Source of the DNA: Myxococcota bacterium
GTDB taxonomy: Bacteria > Myxococcota_A > UBA9160 > SZUA-336
Length of the DNA: 64,000 nucleotides
Direction of reading: 5' to 3'
NCBI GenBank assembly: GCA_965247115.1
Contig: CBDFGR010000003.1
Span: forward strand, 384,001 to 448,000
Positions 29,729 to 40,460 of this stretch are shown in pieces (position 1 is the first letter of the stretch; every line of letters begins with the position of its first letter). The notes beneath the pieces were generated by a model. The model was not told the origin of the DNA and did no database searches. It saw nothing but the letters and a program-made list of their open reading frames with translations. Both the position numbers and the translations under genes were made by a program.

Positions 29729-30454
29729 ATGAAGAAGGTCCTGGCGGCACTCATGCTGGCTGCGTTCGTGGCCGCGTGCGCGGACTCAGACGCGGAGACC
29801 GCGATGGCGCGAAAGCAGCCGGGGGCCGAAGTCGAGCTCTACGCACCGGAGCAGCACGATCTCTACGACGGCCGCTTCGTCCTGACCGCGGGGCGGCTGT
29901 ACCAGGTGGGCCAGCTCGACGACCCCCCCGGGTGGGACCACATGGGAAACGATGCGTCCACCGCGCACAGTGTGGAAGGGAGCGTCGAGATCGATGTAGA
30001 CGAGATCGGGAACAGGGGCCGGTTCGTTGCCCGGCTGGCCGTTCCGCAGGGCTCTCTCGTCCTGGAGTTCGATCGCTTCCACGAGTTCAGCCCCTGTCAG
30101 GACGGGGGTGTGGCTGCGTTCCTCTACGAGCACGGCGACTCGGGCTGCGGGGATGCGAACTGGCCCAAGACCTTCGTCTACGTCGCAGGGTGGGGCTACG
30201 GCCACGCGACGCTCAACGGCGAGCCTCTTCACCGGGACTACCAGATGCACTTCATGATCACGCAGGGCATCCGCGACCGGAAGACGCGGAAGGTCAGCTA
30301 CCCCCTGTTGAACAAGCGCTCCTCCGCCGGAGCGGTAAATCCGGCGGCCCAACAGCTCGACTTCTACATCCGCAGTCCCGAGGTCGACGAGCGCAACAAT
30401 CCGACACGGAAGGTCTTCGACCACTTCTTCGCCCTTGAGGTGACCTGGAAGTAG
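29729..30454 (+). CDS. Hypothetical lipoprotein
   Basis: MKK + hydrophobic stretch + VAAC lipobox; GGAG RBS. Confidence 0.65.
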   Translation: MKKVLAALMLAAFVAACADSDAETAMARKQPGAEVELYAPEQHDLYDGRFVLTAGRLYQVGQLDDPPGWDHMGNDASTAHSVEGSVEIDVDEIGNRGRFVARLAVPQGSLVLEFDRFHEFSPCQDGGVAAFLYEHGDSGCGDANWPKTFVYVAGWGYGHATLNGEPLHRDYQMHFMITQGIRDRKTRKVSYPLLNKRSSAGAVNPAAQQLDFYIRSPEVDERNNPTRKVFDHFFALEVTWK

Positions 30455-30555
30455 TGGGCCTCCCTGCAGCCAGACAGTGTGGGATGATAATGGCGACCCG
30501 TACGGCCTGGTGTTGATCGAGAGCCCGGAGTCGCCCCGGCGGTAGCTACTGAAGG

Positions 30556-33500
30556 ATGGACTGCATGGAGCTGAGGAAGCTGCTGATCGCCAACCGCGGC
30601 GAGATCGCGATCCGCATCAGCCGCGCCGCGGCGGAGCTCGAGATTGCGACGGTTGCCGTCCTCTCGGAGGACGACGCGCAGTCCCTGCACCTCCGCAGGG
30701 CGGACGAGGCGTACGCCCTCACAGGCAGTGGGCCGCGCGCCTACCTGGATGTCGAGCAGATCGTAGGGGCGGCACGCGAACGCCAGTGCGACGCCATCCA
30801 CCCGGGCTACGGCTTCCTCGCGGAGAACGCCGCCCTGGCCGCGGCCTGCGCGGAGGCGGGCATCACCTTCGTGGGTCCCTCGGTGGCGGCGCTCGAGCTA
30901 TTCGGCAACAAGGTCCGGGCCCGCGCCCTGGCCGAAGAGCACGGTGTCCCCGTACTGCCCGGCAGCACCGAAGCGGTGACCCTGGAGGGGGCCGAGGCCT
31001 TCTTCGCCGGGCTCCGCGACAACGCCCAGATGGTGATCAAGGCCGTGGGTGGAGGCGGCGGTCGCGGCATGCGCGTCGTGACGCGGACCGACAAGATCCC
31101 GGAGGCCTACGCCCGAGCGCGGTCGGAAGCGGGATTGGCCTTCGGGAATGACGCCGTTTACGTGGAGCGGATGATCGAGCGTGCGCGCCATCTCGAGGTA
31201 CAGGTGATCGGTGACACAAGAGGGGCCATCAGTCACCTGGGCGAGCGCGAGTGCAGCGTCCAGCGGCGGCATCAGAAGCTGGTCGAGATCGCGCCCAGTC
31301 CCTCGCTGAGTGCGAGCCTGCGAGAACACCTCACGGCGGCTGCAGTTCGCCTCGCGGAGGCCGCCAGCTACCACAGCCTCGGCACCGTGGAGTTCCTGAT
31401 CGACGAGCAGTCAGAGGGGGACTTCGCCTTTATCGAGGCCAACGCGCGTCTGCAGGTGGAACACACCGTCACGGAGCAGGTGACCGGCGCGGACCTGGTG
31501 CAGGCGCAGCTGCGCATCGCCAGAGGCGAGACGCTCGCGCAGCTCGGGCTCGAGCAGGCATCCATCCCGAGCCCTCGCGGCTATGCGATCCAGGCACGGG
31601 TCAACATGGAACACATGGAGCCGGACGGCAGCCTGCGGCCGGCGACCGGTGTCCTGACTGCGTTCGAGCCGCCCGCCGGACCTGGCATTCGCGTGGAGAC
31701 GCTCGGCTACACGGGCTACGCCACCAACCCCAACTTCGACTCGCTGCTCGCGAAAGTAATCGCACATTCCGCCTCGGACGACTTCAGCGACGCCGTCAGG
31801 CGCGCCGCGCGGGCGCTGGCCGAGTTCGAGATCGGCGGTATCGACACGAACGTCTCGTTCCTGCGGCGCGTGCTTGCCCACCACGACTTCGTGGAGGGCG
31901 GCGTCTACACCCGCTGGGTGGAGGACCACGTGGCCGAGCTTGCCGCCGTCGAGGAGCCGCCCCGTCCCACCCCTGGTGGAGAGCGTCAGGCCGGCGCCAG
32001 CATCGACACGCGCGACCCGATCGCCGCTCTGGACTTCTTCCGCCAGGGGAAAGGCACGAGGCTCGCGGGAGCGGCGGCGGAGCCGGATATCGTGGGCCCA
32101 CCAAATACCGAGCCGCTGGCCGCACCACTCCAGGCCACGGTCACCGAGATCCTCGTGACAGAAGGCGGCGCGGTGCGGGAGGGCCAGCAGCTTTTCGTGA
32201 TGAGCGCGCTGAAGATGGAGCATGTGGTCAAGGCGTACGTCGGGGGCATCGTGCGTCAGCTGACCGTGACCGTCGGCGACACCGTCTACGAGGGCCATCC
32301 GCTCGCCTTCATCGAGCCGATGGACGTGGGCGAGGCCGTTCGTGAGGCGGCCCGGGAGATCGATCTGGACCGGATCCCCCCTACCGTGCAGGCTCTCTTC
32401 GACAGGCGCCAGTTCATCCTGGATGAGAACCGTCCCGACGCCGTGGAGCGCCGCCACAGCAAGGGCCGGCGCACCGTTCGCGAGAACATCGCCCAGCTGA
32501 TCGACCCCGGCACCTGGGTCGAGTACGGCCCGCTGGCGACCGCCGGCCAGCGGCGCCGACGCCCGCTGGAGGAGTTGATGCGAAAGACCCCGGCCGATGG
32601 CCTGGTCGCGGGCATCGGATCGGTCAACGGCGATCTCTTCGATGAGCAGCGAGCCCGGACCATGTTCATCTCCTACGACGACACCGTCCTTGCGGGGACG
32701 CAGGGCATGCGCGGCCACCACAAAACGGATCGCATGATGGAGCTGGCCGACGAGCTGGCGCTGCCGCTCATCTTCCATGCCGAGGGCGCAGGGGGGCGTT
32801 CCGGGGAGACGGACTACGGCGAAGGCCACGGATTCGGGGGGGACGTGCGCACGTTCGAGAAGATGGCCCAGCTGAGCGGCACCGTGCCGATGATCGGCGT
32901 CACGGCCGGCTGGTGCTACGCGGGCAACGCGGCCATCTTGGGCGTCACCGACATCATCATCGCGACGGAGGATGCCCTCATCGCGATGGGTGGGCCCGCG
33001 ACGATCGAGGGCGGCGGCATGGGGGCCTTCCTGCCCGAGGAGGTGGGGCCCATGTCCGATCTCGCCCCGGCCGGCACGGTCGACATCGTCGTCAAGGACC
33101 AGGACGAAGCGATCGAGACCGCGAAGAAATGCCTCTCCTACTTCCAGGGCTCGATCGACGAATGGGAGTGCGCCGACCAGCGACGGCTGCGCCACGTCAT
33201 GCCCGAGAACCGCCTGCGCAGCTTCGATGTGCGCGAAGTGATCGAGCTGATCGCGGACACGGATTCCGTCCTGGAGCTGCGTCCGGAGTTCGGCATCGGG
33301 ATGGTCACCGCATTCGTTCGCATCGAAGGCCATCCATTTGGCCTGACCGCCAACAACAACGCCCACATCGGTGGCGCGATCGACAGCCCGGGGTCCGACA
33401 AGGTCGCCCGCTTCTGGCAGCTCTGCGATAGCTGGAACATCCCCATCATCACGCTCGTAGATACACCGGGCATGATGATCGGGCCGGAGGTGGAGAAGAC

Positions 33501-33936
33501 GGGACTGGTGCGCCACTGCAGCCGGCTGTTCGTCACCGGCGCGAACCTGGAGACCCCGCGTTTCAGCGTGATCTTGCGCAAGGGCTATGCGCTGGGGTCC
33601 CTGGCAATGCTGACCGGGAGCGCGCGGGCTCCGATCTTCACGGTCGCCTGGCCCACCAGTGAGCACGGCGGCATGAACCTGGAATCCGGCGTGCAGCTCG
33701 GGGCTCGGGACGCCCTGGCAGCGATCGAAGACGTGGAGGAACGCGCGGCGGAGTACGAACGGCTCGTGGCGAACGCCTATATCCGCGGCGGCGCCCTCAA
33801 CGTCGCCTCGACGTTTGAGATCGACGATGTGATCGACCCGGCGGACACCCGACGCCTGATCGCGAACGCGCTGAAATCGGTGCCAAACCCAGAGCCGCTC
33901 CGGCGTGGACGTCGACCGTTCGTGGACACCTGGTAA
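30556..33936 (+). CDS. Single-chain acyl-CoA carboxylase (BC-BCCP-CT)
   Basis: LLIANRGEIA, HPGYGFLAE, RECSVQRRHQK, ALKMEH, LAGTQG, VDTPG, FVDTW. Confidence 0.92.
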   Translation: MDCMELRKLLIANRGEIAIRISRAAAELEIATVAVLSEDDAQSLHLRRADEAYALTGSGPRAYLDVEQIVGAARERQCDAIHPGYGFLAENAALAAACAEAGITFVGPSVAALELFGNKVRARALAEEHGVPVLPGSTEAVTLEGAEAFFAGLRDNAQMVIKAVGGGGGRGMRVVTRTDKIPEAYARARSEAGLAFGNDAVYVERMIERARHLEVQVIGDTRGAISHLGERECSVQRRHQKLVEIAPSPSLSASLREHLTAAAVRLAEAASYHSLGTVEFLIDEQSEGDFAFIEANARLQVEHTVTEQVTGADLVQAQLRIARGETLAQLGLEQASIPSPRGYAIQARVNMEHMEPDGSLRPATGVLTAFEPPAGPGIRVETLGYTGYATNPNFDSLLAKVIAHSASDDFSDAVRRAARALAEFEIGGIDTNVSFLRRVLAHHDFVEGGVYTRWVEDHVAELAAVEEPPRPTPGGERQAGASIDTRDPIAALDFFRQGKGTRLAGAAAEPDIVGPPNTEPLAAPLQATVTEILVTEGGAVREGQQLFVMSALKMEHVVKAYVGGIVRQLTVTVGDTVYEGHPLAFIEPMDVGEAVREAAREIDLDRIPPTVQALFDRRQFILDENRPDAVERRHSKGRRTVRENIAQLIDPGTWVEYGPLATAGQRRRRPLEELMRKTPADGLVAGIGSVNGDLFDEQRARTMFISYDDTVLAGTQGMRGHHKTDRMMELADELALPLIFHAEGAGGRSGETDYGEGHGFGGDVRTFEKMAQLSGTVPMIGVTAGWCYAGNAAILGVTDIIIATEDALIAMGGPATIEGGGMGAFLPEEVGPMSDLAPAGTVDIVVKDQDEAIETAKKCLSYFQGSIDEWECADQRRLRHVMPENRLRSFDVREVIELIADTDSVLELRPEFGIGMVTAFVRIEGHPFGLTANNNAHIGGAIDSPGSDKVARFWQLCDSWNIPIITLVDTPGMMIGPEVEKTGLVRHCSRLFVTGANLETPRFSVILRKGYALGSLAMLTGSARAPIFTVAWPTSEHGGMNLESGVQLGARDALAAIEDVEERAAEYERLVANAYIRGGALNVASTFEIDDVIDPADTRRLIANALKSVPNPEPLRRGRRPFVDTW

Positions 33937-34766
33937 TGGTCGAAAGGCAAAACGCTCGCGAGCGCTTCACCGAGCTGGCAACCGGAGACGATCGCGAGCT
34001 TGATCTGGGGGAGGCCGCGCTCCAGATCGCGCGCGAGGCGCGCCCGGAGCTGGATGTGGACGCGTGCCTGGCCACCTTGAGCTCGCTTGCCGTTGGCGCG
34101 CGCGAGTTCGTGGGTGACGCGGAGGGACGTGAGGCCGTCGTGCGCCTGAACGAATACCTGTTTGAGCACGAGCACTTCGCGGGCAATCGCAGCGACTACT
34201 ACGACGTGAGGAACAGCTTTCTGGACCAGGTACTCGAGCGGCGCCGCGGCATCCCGATCACGCTCGCCGTGGTGTATCTGGAAGTGGCGCGGCGCATCGG
34301 TCTGGACCTGCGCGGCGTGAACTTCCCCGGTCACTTTCTGCTGCGCACCGCGGGCGAGCCGCCCGTGCTGATCGACCCGTTCCGTGGCAGCATCCTCACG
34401 CGCGAGGACTGCGAGCGGCTACTGCAGCAAGCGCAGGGCGAGGCAGCACAGCTCGTCCCCGAGTACTTCGAGCCGGCCACACCCCGCCAGATCATGGCGC
34501 GCATGCTCTCCAACCTGAAGCAGATCTACGTGCAGCAGAAAGAGCTCGAGGACGCCCTCGCCTGCTGCGACCGCATCCTCCTGCTCATGCCCAACGCTCC
34601 TCTCGAGCTCCGAGACCGGGGCCTGATCTACGCGCAGCTCGAGTGCTTTGGCCCAGCGGTTGCCGACCTCGAGCGCTTCGTCGACCTGGCCGAAGACCGA
34701 CGCCTGACCGCACCCACGCTCAAGATCCTCGAGGCGCTGCGCGAGAGGGCCCAGCAGATTCACTGA
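33936..34766 (+). CDS. SirB1-like transglutaminase-core/TPR protein
   Basis: YYDVRNSFL.QVLERRRGIPITL, NFPGHFL, LRDRGL. Confidence 0.88.
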   Translation: MVERQNARERFTELATGDDRELDLGEAALQIAREARPELDVDACLATLSSLAVGAREFVGDAEGREAVVRLNEYLFEHEHFAGNRSDYYDVRNSFLDQVLERRRGIPITLAVVYLEVARRIGLDLRGVNFPGHFLLRTAGEPPVLIDPFRGSILTREDCERLLQQAQGEAAQLVPEYFEPATPRQIMARMLSNLKQIYVQQKELEDALACCDRILLLMPNAPLELRDRGLIYAQLECFGPAVADLERFVDLAEDRRLTAPTLKILEALRERAQQIH

Positions 34767-34815
34767 TGTCGCAGCGCTTGCGGCGAGGCGGAACGGATCG
34801 CGCGCCCATCCGGCG

Positions 34816-35226
34816 CTATGAGGGCGGGTCGAGTCGGATCGGAACGGACCTGGAGTGATCCGCAAACAGGCCATCCAGCGTCTCGGATGCGCCGTACTTC
34901 TCGGCCATCTTCGCGTTGACCCGCGCGAGGGCCTCGGAGGTCTCCACCGGGACGGCGCGGTAGGAGCGGCGCTCTCCGGCGCGCTCGAGCTCGATGTCCG
35001 GGCTGCCGCGCAGGCGAGCCAGCCACCCGCTCGTCGGGCTGCCCGAGCGCAGCCACAGGCTCCCAGCGGCCTCGATCACCCAGAGCGCGGTCTCGTGCTC
35101 CTCCCCATCTGCACCCTGGGTCACGAGGACGACGACCTCGTCCGACGGCGAGGCAGCGACCGACCAGAGGTACACGGCCAACAGGACCGCGAGCAGGGCT
35201 CCAACGCCGATTCCGAACGCGCGCAT
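34816..35226 (-). CDS. Membrane-anchored split-barrel (deazaflavin-dependent nitroreductase-like) protein
   Basis: EVVVLVT..ET.LWV, W.ARL...P, KYG, IRLDP. Confidence 0.5.
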   Translation of the reverse strand: MRAFGIGVGALLAVLLAVYLWSVAASPSDEVVVLVTQGADGEEHETALWVIEAAGSLWLRSGSPTSGWLARLRGSPDIELERAGERRSYRAVPVETSEALARVNAKMAEKYGASETLDGLFADHSRSVPIRLDPPS

Positions 35227-35345
35227 GGTCCTCCCACTCCTCCGCCCAGGGTATAGCCTGAGGAAGGAGAAGTCCGGAGGCAGCCCAATCGAGACGGGGC
35301 GCATGGAGTCGTCCGCTGCGGTACGATCATCTCGGGAGGTTCTTA

Positions 35346-36260
35346 ATGCCCGAAGAAGTCCAGGGACAGGCCAGGGAGCAGCGGCGCAGGTTCACCGACG
35401 CGAGCGTGCCAGACAGGATCGAGGAGCTCTACCAGCCCGTCCGGGAGCTCGGGCTCGAGTCGTACGTCGCGGACCTCGACAACTACGGCTACGTGGTGAT
35501 TCCCCCGGAGAAAGTGGCGCCTCCCGAGTTCGTCGACAGGATGCGCGAGGTTGTGCTGCGCGTGATCGGGGAGCGGACCGGCGTCAGTCACCGGATCGAC
35601 GAGAACGGGAATCCCGGCAAGTACAAGGGGCAGCCCCAGCTGCCGAGTCAGTTTCTCCTGTACTACCTGCTGTTCGCGGACCCGATCTTCGAGGAGTGGC
35701 TCGAGAACTCGACGCTGCGGGCGCTCGTCGACTGGGTGATGAAAGGTCAGGCTCAGCTCTCCAGCCTGACCTCCTTCGTCAAGTGGAAGGGAGACGGCTA
35801 CGGCCCCACACTGGGGCTGCACAGCGACTCGCCGGCCTCGCCGGAGGGCATCCTCCCGGCGACCCACGATGCGGTATGCAACGGGACCATCGTCCTGACC
35901 GAGTACACGCTGAATGACGGTGCGATTGCCATCGTGCCCGGCAGCCACCGGCTCTGCCGACAGCCGAGGCCGGGGGATGGCGTGAAGTGGGCGGTGCCCG
36001 TGGAGGCAGCCGTCGGCTCGCTGATCTTCTGGCACGGCAACACCTGGCACGGCGCCTTTCCGAAGAAGACCGACGGGCTGCGGCTCAACGTGACGAGCTA
36101 CATCTGCAACCGGTCGCTGAAGACGCAGGAGAGCTACCAGCGCAGCGTTCCGCCCGAAGTACTGAAGCGCCATGACCAGAAGTTCGCGCAGCTGCTCGGA
36201 GCGGACGACCCGTACGGCTGGGACGAGAAGGGCCCGGAGTTCTGGCACAAATCACTGTAG
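35346..36260 (+). CDS. Phytanoyl-CoA dioxygenase family 2OG-Fe(II) oxygenase
   Basis: LHSD, VPGSH, GNTWHG, R. Confidence 0.88.
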   Translation: MPEEVQGQAREQRRRFTDASVPDRIEELYQPVRELGLESYVADLDNYGYVVIPPEKVAPPEFVDRMREVVLRVIGERTGVSHRIDENGNPGKYKGQPQLPSQFLLYYLLFADPIFEEWLENSTLRALVDWVMKGQAQLSSLTSFVKWKGDGYGPTLGLHSDSPASPEGILPATHDAVCNGTIVLTEYTLNDGAIAIVPGSHRLCRQPRPGDGVKWAVPVEAAVGSLIFWHGNTWHGAFPKKTDGLRLNVTSYICNRSLKTQESYQRSVPPEVLKRHDQKFAQLLGADDPYGWDEKGPEFWHKSL

Positions 36261-36293
36261 CTGGGTGAAGCCGTGGGGCATGCCCTCCCCTTG

Positions 36294-37367
36294 ATGGATC
36301 TTCCGGTGGCCTCGCCGCTAAAACCCATGCTGGCCAGGCGGGTCGCTACCCTGCCCGATGGGGACCGCTGGATCTTCGAACCAAAGTGGGACGGGTTCCG
36401 GAGCCTGGTGTTCCGCGACGGCGAGACGCTCCTGATCCAGAGCCGCGACCAGAAGTCGCTGAACCGCTACTTCCCTGAGCTGCTCGAGCCCCTGGCGGAG
36501 CAGCTGCCGGAGCGCTGTGCGCTCGACGGGGAGCTCGTGATTGCAGGCGACGGCGCGCTGGACTTCGAGGCGCTTCTCCTGCGCATCCACCCAGCCGCTT
36601 CGCGCGTCGCCCTGCTGGCGGAGCAGACTCCCGCGTCGTTCATCGCCTGGGACCTTCTCTGCCTGGGCAACGAGGACCTGAGCCAGACCGCGTTCGAGAA
36701 GCGTCGGGAGCTCCTGGAGGAAGTCCTGGCGGCGGCCCGGCCACCAATCCACCTGACGCCGATCACGCGGGACCGCGACCTGGCCCAGGACTGGTTCGAT
36801 CGCTTCGAGGGCGCCGGGCTCGACGGTGTGATGGCGAAGCCGGCAGACGGCGTGTACGCGCCAGGTAAGCGCACCATGTTCAAGGTGAAGCACCAGCGCA
36901 CAGCGGATTGCGTGGTGGCCAGTTTTCGCTGGCACAAGAACGGCGCGAGGAGCTTGGTCGGCTCGCTGCTGCTCGGGCTGTACGACGACGAGGGACGGCT
37001 TCACCACGTGGGCGTCGCCGCGAGCTTCACGACCGCACGCCGCAAGGAGCTGGTGGAAGAGCTCGCACCGCTGCGAGAGCGAGCAGAAGAGGGACACCCC
37101 TGGCACGACTGGATCAGTGCGACCGAGCACCATCAACGAGTGCCCGGCGGGACCAGCCGCTGGAACCGAGGCAAGGACTTGAGCTGGATGCCCCTTCGCG
37201 CGGAGCGAGTCGTCGAGGTCTCCTACGACCACATGCAGGGGACGCGCTTCCGTCACACCGCCCACTTCGTGCGCTGGCGACTCGACAGGTCAGCGGACGA
37301 CTGCGGCTACGACCAGCTCGACGTGACCGCGCCCTTCGAGCTGCAGCGGATCTTCGCGGCGGAGTAG
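36294..37367 (+). CDS. ligC: ATP-dependent DNA ligase, LigC type
   Basis: EPKWDGFR, LDGE, GLDGVMAK, KVKHQRTADCVV, SRW, EVSYDHMQG.RFRH. Confidence 0.88.
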   Translation: MDLPVASPLKPMLARRVATLPDGDRWIFEPKWDGFRSLVFRDGETLLIQSRDQKSLNRYFPELLEPLAEQLPERCALDGELVIAGDGALDFEALLLRIHPAASRVALLAEQTPASFIAWDLLCLGNEDLSQTAFEKRRELLEEVLAAARPPIHLTPITRDRDLAQDWFDRFEGAGLDGVMAKPADGVYAPGKRTMFKVKHQRTADCVVASFRWHKNGARSLVGSLLLGLYDDEGRLHHVGVAASFTTARRKELVEELAPLRERAEEGHPWHDWISATEHHQRVPGGTSRWNRGKDLSWMPLRAERVVEVSYDHMQGTRFRHTAHFVRWRLDRSADDCGYDQLDVTAPFELQRIFAAE

Positions 37368-37370
37368 CGC

Positions 37371-38684
37371 CTAGTCCGTCTCGGTGTCCTCGGGCTCGGA
37401 GGCACGACGCCGCTTCCACTCGCTGCTCGGATCGTAATCCGGGTCCGGTGTTGCTTCCTTCGGGTGCATGTCTTCTGGGACATGGCGCAGGTTGAGCCGC
37501 ACGCGCGTCCAGACGCTCGAGCGGCCACGCATGGCGTCTACGAGCTCGTCTTCCGGCTTCAGGTGGGCGGCGGCCTCGGGATGGCGCTGCTTCCAGCGTT
37601 CGAGTCCATCCAGGGCGTCCTGTTTCTGCTTGGCCTTGGCAACGGTAACGAGCGGCATCTTCGAAACGCGCTTTCCCCCGCTCTTGCGTCGGGACGGTTG
37701 CACGCGCGCCGGCTCCCCGCGCTGCTTGCGGTAGTGCGGCGGCCACGGGGCATCGCCCTGCCCTTCTACCTCGTGACGCCCGGACAGCTCGAGGAGTGCG
37801 TCGAGCGAGCCCACGTCGTCGTCGATGCCGTTGCCCACGTCGCCGAGCTCCGCGAAGCGAGCAGGCATGGTCGCGAGCGTGAAGTCGTTCAGCTCGCAGT
37901 CGGGCAGCTCGTCCCAGGTCACTGGCGCAGAGACGCAGGCCTTCGCGTTAGGGCGCACGGAGTAAGCAGAGGCCACCGTGCGGTCCTTGGCGTTCTGATT
38001 GTAGTCGAGGAACACACCAATGCGTTTCTCCTTCCACCACTTGCTTGTCGCGATGGTCGGGGCGCGCCGCTCGACCTCGCGCGCCAGGGCCAGCGCGGCA
38101 CGCCGCACCTGATCGAAGCTCCAGCGGCGCTCGATGCGCACGTTCACGTGGATGCCCCGCGAGCCCGACGTCTTGGGCCAGCCCACGAGTCCCTGCGAGC
38201 CGAGCACCTCGCGAACCTCGAGCGCCACGCGACGAACGGCGTCCCACTCGACTCCCGGTCCCGGGTCGAGATCCACGCGCAGCTCGTCGGGGTGGTCGAG
38301 GTCGTCGGCCCGAACCGCGTGTACGTTCAGATCGATGTTGCCAAGGTTGGTCATCCACACGAGCTGGGCCAGGTCAGTCACCACGAGCTCGGAGGCCGTG
38401 CGACCCGAGGGAAAGCGCAGCTCCACGGTGTGTACCCAGTCGGGGTGCTTCTTCGGTGCGCGCTTCTGAAAGAAGCCCTCGCCCTCGATCCCGTTGACGT
38501 AGCGCTTGAGCACGATGGGGCGATTGTGGATGCCGCGCAGCGCCCCCTCGCCCACAGCCACGTAGTAGCGCACCAGATCCAGCTTGGTGATGCCAGCTGC
38601 CGGAAAGTAGACCTTGTCGGGATTCGAGACCCTGACCTCGCGACCGCCGACATCGATCAGCTCTTCGGAGGCTTTCGCGGCCAT
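37371..38684 (-). CDS. Stand-alone AEP primase-polymerase (Prim-PolC/LigD-Pol family)
   Basis: [49 protein letters not shown]. Confidence 0.9.
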   Translation of the reverse strand: MAAKASEELIDVGGREVRVSNPDKVYFPAAGITKLDLVRYYVAVGEGALRGIHNRPIVLKRYVNGIEGEGFFQKRAPKKHPDWVHTVELRFPSGRTASELVVTDLAQLVWMTNLGNIDLNVHAVRADDLDHPDELRVDLDPGPGVEWDAVRRVALEVREVLGSQGLVGWPKTSGSRGIHVNVRIERRWSFDQVRRAALALAREVERRAPTIATSKWWKEKRIGVFLDYNQNAKDRTVASAYSVRPNAKACVSAPVTWDELPDCELNDFTLATMPARFAELGDVGNGIDDDVGSLDALLELSGRHEVEGQGDAPWPPHYRKQRGEPARVQPSRRKSGGKRVSKMPLVTVAKAKQKQDALDGLERWKQRHPEAAAHLKPEDELVDAMRGRSSVWTRVRLNLRHVPEDMHPKEATPDPDYDPSSEWKRRRASEPEDTETD

Positions 38685-38708
38685 GCCGTCGACTATAAAC
38701 TCTTTGCC

Positions 38709-40454
38709 ATGTCGAACCGAGCGGACGAGCTCTACTCCCTGCTGGGCGAGCTGGTGCAGCTGACCGTTCTCGACGACGGCGACCCGCAGTCATTCCGTGC
38801 GCGGGCGTACGAGAACGCCATCATGGAGCTGCGCTCCGCCCCCGGCGACGTTGCGTCCATGCGCGAGTCGCAGCTCCTCAAGATCGACGGGATCGGCAAG
38901 GCCACCGCAAAGAAGATCCGCGAGTTCTTCGACACGGGCCGGATCTCCAAGCTGGAGCAGCTGCGCGAGAAGTACCCGCAAGAGTTCCAGCGTCTCGCCA
39001 AGATCCCGGGCCTGGGGCCCAAGACGTTGATCCGGCTGCGCGAGGAGCTCGGGGTCGAGAGCGTGGAGGACCTGCAGGAGGCGATCAAAGCGCAGGAGCT
39101 ACGCGCCCTGAAGGGGCTCGGGGCAAAGGCGGAGAAGAACATCGCCCGCGCCATCGAGCGGCTCGGACTCTCGGGTAAGGACCGGCGCACTCCCATCGCC
39201 GAGGTACTGCCGGTAGCGCAGCGCCTGGTCGCCGAGCTCGAGGAGCTGCCAGAGGTCGAGCGAGCCCAGTACTGCGGCAGCCTGCGCCGCCTGCTGCCGA
39301 CCATCGGTGACGTCGACATCCTGGTGATCGCCAGCGAAGCCCGCCCGATCATGGAGCACTTCGCCTCTCTATCCATGGTGCGAGACGTTCCGCACCGGGG
39401 CGACACGAAGTCCTCCATCGTCACGGATCGCGGCCTACAGGTGGACCTGCGGATCGTGGAGCCAGATCAGTTCGGCTCCGCCGCGCTCTACTTCACCGGC
39501 TCCAAGGCGCACAACATCAAGCTGCGTCAGCTCGCCATCAAGAAGGGCTGGACGCTCAACGAGTACGGGCTGCTCGACACCGAGACAGGGGCTGTGATCG
39601 CGTCGCGGAGCGAGGAGGAGATCTACAAGGCGCTGGGCCTGGAGCCGATTCCACCACCCATGCGCGAGGACACCGGCGAGATCGAAGCCAGCGCCGCAGG
39701 AGAGCTACCCCGAGCCGTTGCCGAGGAGAACCTGCGCGGGGACCTGCACGTCCATACCGATCTCTCCGGGGACGGGCGGAGCTCGCTCGAGGACGTGCTG
39801 AAGCAGACCTCGGCACGGGGGTACCGGTACCTGGCGATCACGGATCACGGCGAGGACCTGGCGATCAACGGCGTGAGCCGCGAGCTCCTCCTCGCGCAAC
39901 GCGAGCGGCTGACTCGCCTGCAAGCGAGCTACCCACGCATGCGCTTGCTCCACGGCGTGGAGCTGAACATCGGGGCCGAGGGCGGGCTCGACTACGACGC
40001 CGACTTCCGTCGCGGCTTCGACTGGTGCGTCGCCGCGGTCCACTCGCACTTCGAGCTCGAGCAGGACGCGCAGACCCGACGCATCATCACCGCCATGCAC
40101 GACCCCGCGGTGAACGTGATCGGGCACCTGAGCGGACGCATGATCGGCAGGCGGCCAGGGATCGAGCTCGACGTGGATGCGGTGCTGCGGGCTGCAGCGG
40201 CCACGGGAACGGCCATCGAGATCAACAGCGCTCTGCCGCGCCTTGACGCGGCCTGGGAGGTGCTGCGCAAAGCACGGGAGCTCGGGGTCACCTTCGTGGT
40301 CAGCACCGACGCCCACCACATCAACGACCTGAACCGCACGCAATGGGGTGCGCTGCAGGCGCAGCGCGGCTGGGTGGAGCCCGAGTCCATCGCCAACACG
40401 TGGCCGCCCGAACGCTTCCTGGCCTGGGCCGCGAAGTCGCGCGCCTCCTCGTAG
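38709..40454 (+). CDS. polX: DNA polymerase X / PHP 3'-5' exonuclease
   Basis: [40 protein letters not shown]; start re-assigned to ATG 38709. Confidence 0.92.
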   Translation: MSNRADELYSLLGELVQLTVLDDGDPQSFRARAYENAIMELRSAPGDVASMRESQLLKIDGIGKATAKKIREFFDTGRISKLEQLREKYPQEFQRLAKIPGLGPKTLIRLREELGVESVEDLQEAIKAQELRALKGLGAKAEKNIARAIERLGLSGKDRRTPIAEVLPVAQRLVAELEELPEVERAQYCGSLRRLLPTIGDVDILVIASEARPIMEHFASLSMVRDVPHRGDTKSSIVTDRGLQVDLRIVEPDQFGSAALYFTGSKAHNIKLRQLAIKKGWTLNEYGLLDTETGAVIASRSEEEIYKALGLEPIPPPMREDTGEIEASAAGELPRAVAEENLRGDLHVHTDLSGDGRSSLEDVLKQTSARGYRYLAITDHGEDLAINGVSRELLLAQRERLTRLQASYPRMRLLHGVELNIGAEGGLDYDADFRRGFDWCVAAVHSHFELEQDAQTRRIITAMHDPAVNVIGHLSGRMIGRRPGIELDVDAVLRAAAATGTAIEINSALPRLDAAWEVLRKARELGVTFVVSTDAHHINDLNRTQWGALQAQRGWVEPESIANTWPPERFLAWAAKSRASS

Positions 40455-40460
40455 GGCGCT

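Noticed and set aside
26418..33666. Long antisense ORFs (26418..28367, 31411..33666; also 473..1948, 10106..12022, 45598..47964)
   Set aside because: Shadow frames of well-supported genes, expected in high-GC DNA; no motifs
37464..38708. 415-aa N-terminal extension of PolX in the ORF track
   Set aside because: It is the antisense of the Prim-Pol gene; PolX similarity starts at ATG 38709
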